Assembly (NCBI RefSeq): GCF_000196555.1
Contig: NC_015067.1
Span: forward strand, 1,770,001-1,802,000
Length of the DNA stretch: 32,000 nucleotides
DNA from: Bifidobacterium longum subsp. longum JCM 1217
GTDB taxonomy: Bacteria > Actinomycetota > Actinomycetes > Actinomycetales > Bifidobacteriaceae
Reading direction: 5' to 3'
The translations under genes were made by a program, and so were the position numbers. Below are positions 17,356-26,100 of the stretch, piece after piece. The first letter of the stretch is position 1. Every line of letters starts with the position of its first letter. Under the pieces are notes generated by a model that did not search any database, was not told where the DNA came from, and worked only from the letters and a program-made list of their open reading frames with translations.

Positions 17356-17757
17356 CTAATCGTTCAATGCTTCACCGTAGCGAGCGACCAACCCCTGATT
17401 TGCACGCTCAAACTCGGGGATGTAATCAGCGATGATGGCGTCCACAAGACGCCGAGCTCGTTCTTCATCATAGATATGAGCAGAATCATTGCGATCGCGC
17501 AGCATGCGCAGCCACAACGATTCGTCCATGAAATCATAGTATTGAAAAGCGGTTTTGAGCACATCTCGCGGAGAGCCGGAAGCGGAAACAGGGTCTCCCT
17601 CATAAGCCAGCAGCGCCTTGAACAGTTTCCAACCAAGCTCGAACTGCAACCCGAACTTGTCAATAATGCCGCTCTGGATGAAATCATTGCCGAGATCCTG
17701 TTCGGGAGCCTTGCGCAGCGAATTCAATGCGGAAACGTAATTCTCATACTTTTTCAT
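17356..17757 (-). CDS. hepT: HEPN-domain toxin, HI0074/nucleotidyltransferase-substrate-binding family (HepT-like)
   Basis: MKKYENYVSALNSL...FGLQFELGWKLFKALLAYEG... and the Rx4H HEPN motif in LRDRNDSAHIY. The ATG at 17757 overlaps the upstream MNT gene by 14 nt. Confidence 0.85.
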   Translation of the reverse strand: MKKYENYVSALNSLRKAPEQDLGNDFIQSGIIDKFGLQFELGWKLFKALLAYEGDPVSASGSPRDVLKTAFQYYDFMDESLWLRMLRDRNDSAHIYDEERARRLVDAIIADYIPEFERANQGLVARYGEALND

Positions 17758-18031
17758 ACAGCACCTTTCCGCTACGCTCAATCTCCGCCCTCAGCGATGA
17801 AGAAATCGGCTCATCCAGATTGATGACATCAACTTTAAGCAGTGACCACAGATTGTCCTGAAGGTTCTGCTCCAAGCGATTGAAATCGGGACAACCGGCC
17901 ACGGCAAGATCGATATCGCTTTTAGGCCGGTTCACGCCCTTTGCGCGAGAACCGAACAGCACGACCTTGCGAGCGCCGGCATCAGCGGCAAACGCGCGAA
18001 TCTGGTCGTACACGTGCTCGATAGGAACCAT
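17744..18031 (-). CDS. mntA: minimal nucleotidyltransferase antitoxin (MntA-like)
   Basis: VVLFGSRAKGVNRPKSDIDLAV is the GSx(n)DxD Pol-beta-type NTase motif. About 95 aa. ATG at 18031 preceded by GGGAGG. Confidence 0.85.
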   Translation of the reverse strand: MVPIEHVYDQIRAFAADAGARKVVLFGSRAKGVNRPKSDIDLAVAGCPDFNRLEQNLQDNLWSLLKVDVINLDEPISSSLRAEIERSGKVLYEKV

Positions 18032-18221
18032 GACACCTCCCGCCGCATCCAACAGTCCCGGACCAATCCCGGACCACCCGCGCTTCCATCATACGGCCGC
18101 GGCCCACTCACCGCACGGAGCCCGAACCACCCGAACGCGGCGACGTAGTTGCGGGAGGCGGGCTGGCGCTGTAGGGTGTGCGGGAAGTTCCTGACGTCTA
18201 CTTTTCAGGAGGTGAATCCTC

Positions 18222-18340
18222 ATGTTCACCACGTTTTCTCTGGCCATCATTCTCGACTGCACCGTACGCATTGTGCTCGGCACGGCATTGGGCGCGCTGA
18301 TAGGGCTCGAACGCCAGTTGCGCGCCCGAAGTGCTCGGCG
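18222..18340 (+). pseudogene. MgtC/SapB-family N-terminal stub (~38 codons) with intact SD and start
   Basis: AGGAGG (18207-18212), a 9-nt spacer, then ATG. MFTTFSLAIILDCTVRIVLGTALGALIGLERQLRARSA matches the conserved MgtC N-terminal helix and GLER motif. After this the frame loses all resemblance, passes a terminator hairpin and enters the antisense of the GH3 gene. Confidence 0.55.
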
Positions 18341-18416
18341 TGCGCTGGGATGTGGAGCACATCACCACGTCCGACTGACGCTGACCAGCAACATCGCAAC
18401 AGTACAACAAGCCAAC

Positions 18417-18449
18417 AAGTGGGATGGGGCATCGAGCCTCATCCCACTT
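18417..18449. terminator. hairpin terminator after the GH3 gene (also placed to stop the mgtC stub)
   Basis: AAGTGGGATGGGG / loop CATCGAG / CCTCATCCCACTT: a 13-bp stem with one G-U pair, followed by TGTTATTAT on the plus strand. It lies 30 nt beyond the GH3 stop (18479). Confidence 0.7.
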
Positions 18450-18478
18450 TGTTATTATCCGGCGATTGTCAGACTCAC

Positions 18479-20839
18479 TCACGCCACGGTGAACGTGGTG
18501 CGCTTCAGGTCCTCACGGCGCGAGGAGTGGCCGATGAGCAGTTCGAATTCGCCGGGCTCGACGATGCGGTTGGCGTCCGGGTCCACGATCGTGCAGTTCG
18601 CCACCGGGATCTCGAAGATGACGGTCTTGGTCTCGCCGGGTTCCAGTGCGACGCGCTGGAACGCCTTCAATTCGCGGTCGGTCCAGCTGTAGGAGGTCAC
18701 GATGTCGCCGATGTAGGCCTGCATGATCTCCACGCCGGCGCGCTCGCCGGTGTTGGTGAGGGTGATTTCGGCACGTACGGTGTCGGTTTCGGCGAATGTG
18801 CCGTCGGCGTTGCTTGCGCCGCCCGTAATGGTCGGTTCGCCGTATGCGAACGTCGTGTAGCTCAGGCCTTCGCCGAACGCGAACGCCGGATCCTGGGTGA
18901 GGTCGGCGTACCGGTCGCCGTGCTGGCCGCGAATCTGGTTGTAGTAGACCGGCAGCTGGCCCGCGTGGCGCGGGAAGGTGATCGGCAGTCGGCCCGACGG
19001 GCTGGTCAGGCCCAGGATTATTTCGGCGATGGCCTGACCGCCGCGCATGCCCGGGTTCGGCGCCCACAGGATGGAGCCGGTGCCGGTTTCAGGGTCGCTG
19101 ACGCGCTTGGCGAATACACTGGACTCGCCCACGATGGAGGCGGGCAACACCTGCGGCTTGGAGCTGATGAGCACGGTGACCATCGGCTTGCCGGTTTCGC
19201 GCGAGACGGCGGCGAGCGCGTCGAGCAGGGCGTTCTGGCCACCGAGCAGTTCGAGCGTGGCGGTGGAGCAGGTTTCGCCGACCAGCTGGACCACGTCGCC
19301 GACCACGGCCACGATCAGATCGGACTGGCGGGCGTTGGCCACGGCTTCGTCGATCATTGCTCGATCGACGGCGGCGGAAACGCCGATTTTCGGGCGAGGC
19401 TGGCCGTCCGGGTAGAACTCGCCGGCAGGGTCAGGCACGAGGTCGATGACGTTCGCGCCGCGCGAGTAGACCACTTCGCAATCGTCGGAGGCGAGCTGGG
19501 TCAGGCCGTCGAGCACGGTGGTAATCATGCCTCGAGGCTGGCCATCCGGCATCCAGGAGACCTGACCGGAGTTGCCGGTCCAGTCGCCGAGCTGGTTCTG
19601 GGCGTCGTCGGCAAGCGGGCCTACCACAGCGATGCGCTTGGCCTTGTTTGCGGCGAACGGCAGGGCGCCGTCGTTGCGCAGCAGGGCGACGGATTCGCGG
19701 GCGAGTTCCAGGTTGGTCTGCTGGTGTTCGGCGGAGCCGATGACCGCCTTGATGCGTTCGGCATCCGGCAGGCGCGGGTCTTCGAACAGGCCGAGGCGGA
19801 ATTTCAGGGCCAGGATGCGGGCTACCGCATCGTCAATCAGGGATTCGTCGAGCAGACCGGTTTTTACGGCTTCGATGGCTCCCTCATAGAACTGTGGGGT
19901 GGTCATGACCAGGTCGTTGCCGGCCTTGACCGCATCGGCTGCGGCGTGCACGTAATCGGGCTTGACATGCTGTTCCCATACCGAGCGGCCGACGTTGTCC
20001 CAGTCGGTGATCAGCGTGCCATTGTATTGCCATGCGCCGCGCAGCTTGTCGGTCAGCAGCCATTTGTTGAACGTGACCGGCACGCCTTCGATGGACTCGT
20101 AGCCGAGCATGAACGTGCCGCAGCCTTCCTTGGCCACGCGTTCGAACGGCGGCAGGAACCAGGATTCGAGCTTGCGGTGGGAGAGGTCGGCTTCGGAGGC
20201 GTCACGGCCGCCCTGGGTCTCGGAGTATCCGGCGAAGTGCTTGGCGCAGGCGAGGATCGCGTCCTTCGGCAGCGTCTCGCCGGCCTGGGCACCGCCCTGA
20301 TAGCCCTTGACCATGGCGGAGGCCATCTCACCGATGAGCATGGGGTCCTCGCCGAAGGTCTCGTCCACGCGACCCCAGCGGGTGTCGCGCGCGATGCACA
20401 GCACCGGGGAGAACGTCCAGTGCACGCCGGTCGAGGAGACTTCTTCGGCGGTGGCACGGCCGGCCGCTTCGACGGCCTTCGGGTCCCAGCTCAACGCCAT
20501 GCCGAGCTGGGAGGGGAAGATCGTGGCGCCGGGCCAGAAGGAGTAGCCGTGGATGCAGTCGTCGCCGATGACGAGTGGGATGCCGAGACGGGTCTTGGTG
20601 TTCACGGTTTCGACGGCGCGCGGCAGGTCCTCGGGGCTGGTGTGCAGGATGGAGCCGACGTGCTTGTTCACGATGAGCTCGTCGAGGTCGCCACCGCGGG
20701 CGTCGAGCTGCATCATCTGGCCGACCTTCTCTTCGAGGGTCATGCGGGAGAGCAGGTCGGCGATGCGCTCGGAGGCGGGCAGGTCGGGGTTCTTGTAGGG
20801 CAGCGTTTCGACTGTGGTTTCCGGTGTGGTCGCGGTCAT
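18479..20839 (-). CDS. GH3 beta-glucosidase / beta-xylosidase-type exo-glycosidase (intact)
   Basis: MTATTPETTVETLPYKNPDLPASERIADLLSRMTLEEKVGQMMQL is a typical GH3 N-terminus. Also GIPLVIGDDCIHG, KHFAGYS, nucleophile region LITDWDN, C-terminal Fn3-like domain. ATG at 20839 is preferred over the ORF-track start at 20926 (Pro/Ser/Arg-rich extension). Confidence 0.9.
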   Translation of the reverse strand: MTATTPETTVETLPYKNPDLPASERIADLLSRMTLEEKVGQMMQLDARGGDLDELIVNKHVGSILHTSPEDLPRAVETVNTKTRLGIPLVIGDDCIHGYSFWPGATIFPSQLGMALSWDPKAVEAAGRATAEEVSSTGVHWTFSPVLCIARDTRWGRVDETFGEDPMLIGEMASAMVKGYQGGAQAGETLPKDAILACAKHFAGYSETQGGRDASEADLSHRKLESWFLPPFERVAKEGCGTFMLGYESIEGVPVTFNKWLLTDKLRGAWQYNGTLITDWDNVGRSVWEQHVKPDYVHAAADAVKAGNDLVMTTPQFYEGAIEAVKTGLLDESLIDDAVARILALKFRLGLFEDPRLPDAERIKAVIGSAEHQQTNLELARESVALLRNDGALPFAANKAKRIAVVGPLADDAQNQLGDWTGNSGQVSWMPDGQPRGMITTVLDGLTQLASDDCEVVYSRGANVIDLVPDPAGEFYPDGQPRPKIGVSAAVDRAMIDEAVANARQSDLIVAVVGDVVQLVGETCSTATLELLGGQNALLDALAAVSRETGKPMVTVLISSKPQVLPASIVGESSVFAKRVSDPETGTGSILWAPNPGMRGGQAIAEIILGLTSPSGRLPITFPRHAGQLPVYYNQIRGQHGDRYADLTQDPAFAFGEGLSYTTFAYGEPTITGGASNADGTFAETDTVRAEITLTNTGERAGVEIMQAYIGDIVTSYSWTDRELKAFQRVALEPGETKTVIFEIPVANCTIVDPDANRIVEPGEFELLIGHSSRREDLKRTTFTVA

Positions 20840-20870
20840 GGTTGTGTTCGCCTTTCTGGGTTCCGTGCGG

Positions 20871-21190
20871 TCACTCGATGACGAAGGTGTTGAAGGAGCG
20901 CGGGGCGAGCGTGGCCTTGAAGCCACGGGAGGCGTCGGCCGGGTCGGCGAACTCGAACGGGCGTTCGTCCTCCAGCGCGTTCTGGGTCACGACCACGATG
21001 GTGCCGTCCGGGTTGCGGAAGGCGATGGCCATGGAGTTGAAGTGGCTGGTGGTGCCGAGCACCTTCGCGCCGGGGCGCACGTACTTGGAGAAGTGGCGCA
21101 TCACGTAGTATTCGGGGTTGTGGCGCACCTCGTGCGTGTCGGCGGTGATGGTGAACAGGGAGTTCTGGCGCGACCCCGGCCAGCCGACCA
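20871..21190 (-). pseudogene. GH30 (glucosylceramidase/O-glycosyl hydrolase 30) C-terminal remnant
   Basis: ...NSLFTITADTHEVRHNPEYYVMRHFSKYVRPGAKVLG...AFRNPDGTIVVVTQN...LAPRSFNTFVIE matches the last ~100 aa (beta-sandwich end) of GH30 enzymes. Only ~125 nt separate it from the upstream gene, so the catalytic barrel is absent. Confidence 0.65.
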
Positions 21191-21316
21191 CCGACCGGGG
21201 TTTTCGTAATCCTAGACCAAACACACCCGGCACCTGGCAGGCCGCGGCCGGTACGACAAGGGCCAGAACGCCCGCCAGGACGCTCCGGCCCGAATCACGG
21301 CCGGCATGGAACCCGG

Positions 21317-22594
21317 TCAGCGCTGGAACACGTCGGGGTGCTTCGGATCTCCGGGAATATCGTCGAGCAGGCCCTCGAGGCCGAGGAACTCACGCCAGAA
21401 GTCGAGCGGCTGGCCATACGGGTTGGATTCGCGGCCGTGCGCCTGGATGTTCGCCTTGGCTTCGAACACGTCTTCCTCGGTGAGCCCGTCGAAGTAGCTT
21501 TCGAGACGGATGCGGTTGGACGGCACGTAGTACAGGGACGCGATGATCTCGGTGAGCCGTTCGACGCGTTCGATCGGCAGCGAATCCCAGTGGCGGAACT
21601 CGATGAAGTTCTTGAGACGCACGTCGTTGAAATGCGTGGAGATGATGTGGTTGATTTCGTACGCGTTGAGCTCGCGGTCCGGGTAGACCTCGCCAGCGTT
21701 CTCACGGAAGGCGGCGCGATGCAGCTCCTTGCGGCTCAGCCCCGATTCCACCGCTTCGGGCGTGTGCGTCAGGTCGGCGAACATCAGCGGCGTGGACAGC
21801 ACGTCACGCGCGTAGTCCTCCCAGCCGAAACGCTGGTCGAACAGGCCGGGGGTCACGTTGGTGCGCTGGAAGTCGAGGTAGTCCCACATGCGCTGGCGCA
21901 GCAGCGGATACGGGTTGAGACGGCCCTCGAAGTAGGGGGTGTTGCGGAAGAACCATGCGAGAATCGGCCCGATGGCGGTGCCGACGCGCATCTTATCGAT
22001 CGAATCCTTCTCGTCGACATAGTCGATGCTCACCTGGGTGGAGGCGGAGCAGCGCATCATGCACGGACCGAACTGGCCGACGCGGCCAAGGAAGTCGGTC
22101 ATCGCGTCATAGCGGCCTTTCGGATTGACCGGCACGTCGACGAAACTCGACTTCGGCTGGTATCCGTAGTTGACGAAACGGAAGCCCAGCTCCTCGAGGA
22201 TCGGGTCCGCCTCACACCGGAAGTCGGCGTACAGGCCGTTGAGGTCGCCCGGCTCATGAAGCACGCCGATGGAAGCCTCCACCTGGCCGCCCGGTTCGAG
22301 CGACACCGCAACGCCTTCGCGCGCGAGTCCGACCAGATGGCCGTTCTCCCAGTATTCCTTGCTTTCGTCATAATACGGAGCGAGCCGTTTGAGGAACGCT
22401 TCGATGCCGTTCGGCTCGTAGTAGCTTACGGCCGTGTCGTCGGCGTCATGCACCGGCAGATGCTCAATCTCGACACCTAAACCACCGGTGCCGCGCTTGG
22501 AGCGCCCCGCCTCGAAGAACTTCAGAAGGCTCTCGACATGCTTCGGGTTCGGCTCGGCGAGCAGGTGCGCATAGCTGATTCTGGGAGTGACCAT
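21317..22594 (-). CDS. gshA: glutamate-cysteine ligase (gamma-glutamylcysteine synthetase, GshA2/COG3572-like)
   Basis: ~425 aa from the ATG at 22594 (MVTPRISYAHLL...). The GLGVEIEHLPVH and LEPGGQVE blocks are as I recall them for the clostridial/bifidobacterial GCL family. The ORF-track N-terminal extension (to 22732) is Arg-rich and lies in the skewed intergenic region. Confidence 0.7.
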   Translation of the reverse strand: MVTPRISYAHLLAEPNPKHVESLLKFFEAGRSKRGTGGLGVEIEHLPVHDADDTAVSYYEPNGIEAFLKRLAPYYDESKEYWENGHLVGLAREGVAVSLEPGGQVEASIGVLHEPGDLNGLYADFRCEADPILEELGFRFVNYGYQPKSSFVDVPVNPKGRYDAMTDFLGRVGQFGPCMMRCSASTQVSIDYVDEKDSIDKMRVGTAIGPILAWFFRNTPYFEGRLNPYPLLRQRMWDYLDFQRTNVTPGLFDQRFGWEDYARDVLSTPLMFADLTHTPEAVESGLSRKELHRAAFRENAGEVYPDRELNAYEINHIISTHFNDVRLKNFIEFRHWDSLPIERVERLTEIIASLYYVPSNRIRLESYFDGLTEEDVFEAKANIQAHGRESNPYGQPLDFWREFLGLEGLLDDIPGDPKHPDVFQR

Positions 22595-22689
22595 GAACGG
22601 TATCGTAGGCGAGTCGCGCGACGCGCGTCGCCGCGCGCCCGCGAATCGGCTATATCTTTTTCCGATAACCGGCACGTCGCCGGACATCC

Positions 22690-23159
22690 GCCATATCACG
22701 CCGCAACGCCGCACCGCGCCGTCGCACCACACCGCGCCGCCACGCCCCCATCACCGCACGCCACGCCTCCGCAACGCCGCGCCACACCGTACGGCTTTGC
22801 CGTTATGCGCGATGTCGGATACACTCATTGATTTGTAAACCTTGTTTACAGAAACGTCCGGCAGAGAGGCCGGACCACACCATCAACCCACCATCAACCC
22901 ACGGCGAACAGCCGGAATAAAAGAAAAACAACAGAAAACAACAGAACACGGAAAACAGCAACAACCCATACAAAACACCGGCAACCATAAGCACGTCGGA
23001 AGCACACCGGAACGCACACCGAAGCGCACCGGCGACCGCTCCGGTTCCACACCGAAACCACGCCGAAGGCCATACCGGAAACGGACCGAGGACATATCGG
23101 ACACGCCCGGCACCCCACCGGCACGCCGGTGCGCCACAATCGAAAGGAAGGAAAGCGGC
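22690..23159 (+). other. extremely strand-skewed A/C-rich, T-poor tract with short tandem repeats (probable 5' leader of the surface-protein gene)
   Basis: By hand count, 14 T in 22861-23160 (300 nt). Tandem CCATCAACCCA x2 (22880-22901) and tandem AAAACAACAG x2 (22925-22944). Reiterated CGCACACCGRA units occur around 23001-23030 and CACGCCGC-like units at 22700-22790. Confidence 0.6.
22834..22850. promoter_or_regulatory. perfect 7-3-7 inverted repeat, candidate operator in the divergent promoter region
   Basis: TGTAAAC-CTT-GTTTACA lies in the only AT-rich island (about 22820-22856) of the 565-nt region between gshA and the surface-protein gene. TTGATT abuts it on the left. Confidence 0.4.
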
Positions 23160-26100
23160 ATGACATCCCGTCAGGGCAGACAAGCCATAGCCGCGACGGC
23201 CGCAATGGGCGTGGCCGTCGCGCTGGCGTTGCCGACCGCTGCGTTCGCGCAGTCAGCAACGCAAGGAAAGGAGACCGCTACGACCACGTCATCAGGCACC
23301 ACCTACTACGTGTCGTCGGCACACGGCGACGACGCCAACGCGGGCACCAGCGAAAACGCGCCCTGGAAGTCCCTGACCAAGGTCAACGACATCGCCTCGG
23401 ACCTCGGTCCGGGCGATTCGGTGCTGCTGGAATACGGCTCCGAATTCAACGACCAGTACCTGCACATCAAGGACACCGCCGGCAACGCCGACGCGCCGAT
23501 CACGATCTCCGCCTACGGCGACGCCGACGAAGGCAAGCCGGTCATCGCGTCGAACGGCGTCAAAGGCAGCCAGTGGGAGCAGGACTACCGTGCCAACGTC
23601 GGCAACCACAAGAACAAGGGCACCGTCTCAACCACGCTGCTACTCAAGGACGTGTCGTACATCACCGTCTCCAACCTGGAGATCACCAACGACGACGCGG
23701 ACGTCTACGATCCGATCGACACGTGGAAGTGGACCGACACCCCTGATTCCGACGGCACAAAACTCGACCGCAGCGCCTCGCGCATGGACCGCACCGGCGT
23801 GGCCGGCATCGCCGAGAACGGCGCGACGATGAGCAACGTGACGCTCGACAACCTTTACATCCACGACGTGGACGGCAACATCTACAACAAGCACATGGCC
23901 AACGGCGGCATCTACTTCATGGCCCACTACCCCATGGAGAACACGAGCGCCGAAACCGACGTCTGGCTCAGGGAGCACGTCTCACGCTTCGACCACGTCA
24001 CCATCAGAAACAGCACCGTCAAGGACGTGGATCGTTGGGGCATCGCCGTCGGCTACACCGCCTACCTCAACTACATCGACGCGAACTACGGCGACGGCTC
24101 CATCGACGACGCCCTCATCGCGAAGTACGGTTCCACCAACGTGCGCATCGAGAACAACTACGTCAAGGGCGCCGGCGGCGACGCCATCACCCTGATGTAC
24201 TGCGACCGCCCGGTCATCGAACACAATGTGGGCGACAGCGTCTCGAAGCACATCAACACGCAGGACTACACGCAGCCCGGCTCCTACGGCGGACGCGTGG
24301 CGGCCGGCATCTGGCCGTGGCGTTGCAAGGATCCAGTGTTCCAGTACAACGAGATGTACAACAACCTCAACGCCGAGCACGGCAACGGCGACGGCCAGGC
24401 GTGGGACGCCGACTACGGCGACGGCACGCTGTACCAGTACAACTACTCGTACGGCAACAGCTTCGCCTCGCTGATGATCTGCAACTGGTACGCGGTTAAC
24501 ACCACGTTCCGATACAATATCTCGCAGAACGACCGTCAGGGCGTGTTCGACCTGCCGTCGAACGGCCCCGGCAACCACATCTACAACAACACCGTCTACG
24601 TGGACGCCGACAGCCAGGTGCTGACTAAGCGTTCCAACTCGCAGTCCCTGTTCGAGAACAACATCTTCATCAACGCGACCAACACGAAGAAGACGGAGAC
24701 CTGGAACCGCGGCAGCCAGAACGGCGGCCAGACGTACGACAACAACATGTACGTCAACTACGCGAACAAGCCCACCTCCGACGCCAACGCCATCGAGGCC
24801 GACGACGTGTCCGCAGTGCTTGCGGGCGCCGGTTCGGCTCCGACATCCGCCCTCAAGAGCGGCGCCGAGCATGCGCGCACCGGCGAGAAAGCCGCGTTCG
24901 ACGGCTACCGTCCGGTCGCGGGCTCGAAGGCGATCAACGCCGGCAAGGTCGTCTCCGACCTCAACGACTACGCGGTGGAGAACGACTTCCTCGGCAACGC
25001 AGTCAAGGGCAGGCCCGATCTGGGCGCCGTGGAAAGCGACGTGGTGTCCGTCACGATGGCCTCCTCCAAGTACGAGACCGGAACCGAAACCGATTCCGGG
25101 ACCGGTGACAAGACCAAGGTCATCCACGTGACCTTCACCGACAAGAACCCGGTGACCGTCAAGGAACTGCTCTCCAACGTGTCCGCCGACAAGGGCGTGG
25201 ACAAGGCCGTGTACCGAGTCGCCGACGCCAAGTCCGGCAAGTCCGCCGACGCCAGGTCCGCCGAGTCCGAACCGAACATGCTCGACCGCCTGCTCTCCCT
25301 GCTCCCAGGCTCCGACCGGAACGCCAAGGACGACGAGACGAAGCTCGCCGACTCCGAACCGGTCCGCGATGGCGACATCCTGCGCTTCTCCGCCGAAGGC
25401 ACGGACGAGACCGACGAGTACACGATCCGCCAGCGCATCACGTGGGATTGGGTCGCGGACTACGAGCAAGGCGTCGCCGACTTCGACTGGAAGGCGCAGC
25501 GCCGCACGTCCGCCGGCGGCGAGTGGACCACCATCTCCGCATACGACGGCTCGTGGCCGAACACCGTGTACGACCAGTACTACGGTGTCGGCGTCAACGG
25601 CACCCTCGCCGAACTCTCCGGCGACCGCAAGCAGACGCACGGCCTGCTGATCGACAAGCCCGGCGACGGCCTGCCCACGGCCATGGCGTGGAAGGCGCCG
25701 GAGTCCGGCACCGTCATGCTGTCGCTCAAGACGTTCGCCGACAAGATCGCTGAACCGTACCTGCGTCAGAACGCGGACAACGCCGGCAAGAAGGTCACAT
25801 TGTCGCTGATGCGCAACGACGAGACGCTCTGTTCGGCCGACGACCTGTCCGTCTATCAGAAGTCCTCCGAACAGTTCGCGCAGTGCCTCGCCGAGCACGG
25901 TTCGATCGACGTGCAGGAAGGCGACTGGATCCGCATCGTCGCCGACGCCGAGACCGGAGTCAAGGCGCCGTCGCTGCACATCAGCCCGGTCATCACATAT
26001 GAGGACAAGGCGCCCGCCGCGCCGAAGCAGAACGTGCGCTACGACGTCTCGTACGCCGCGACGGACGCCGTCGTCGGCACGCAGTCGGCCGTCGCCGCCG

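Noticed and set aside
22842-23159. 106-codon N-terminal extension of the surface-protein ORF (MFTETSGREAGPHHQPTINP...).
   Set aside because: It stays open only because the tract is almost T-free, so no stop codons can occur. A good SD plus ATG at 23160 is followed immediately by a Sec signal peptide, which must be N-terminal.
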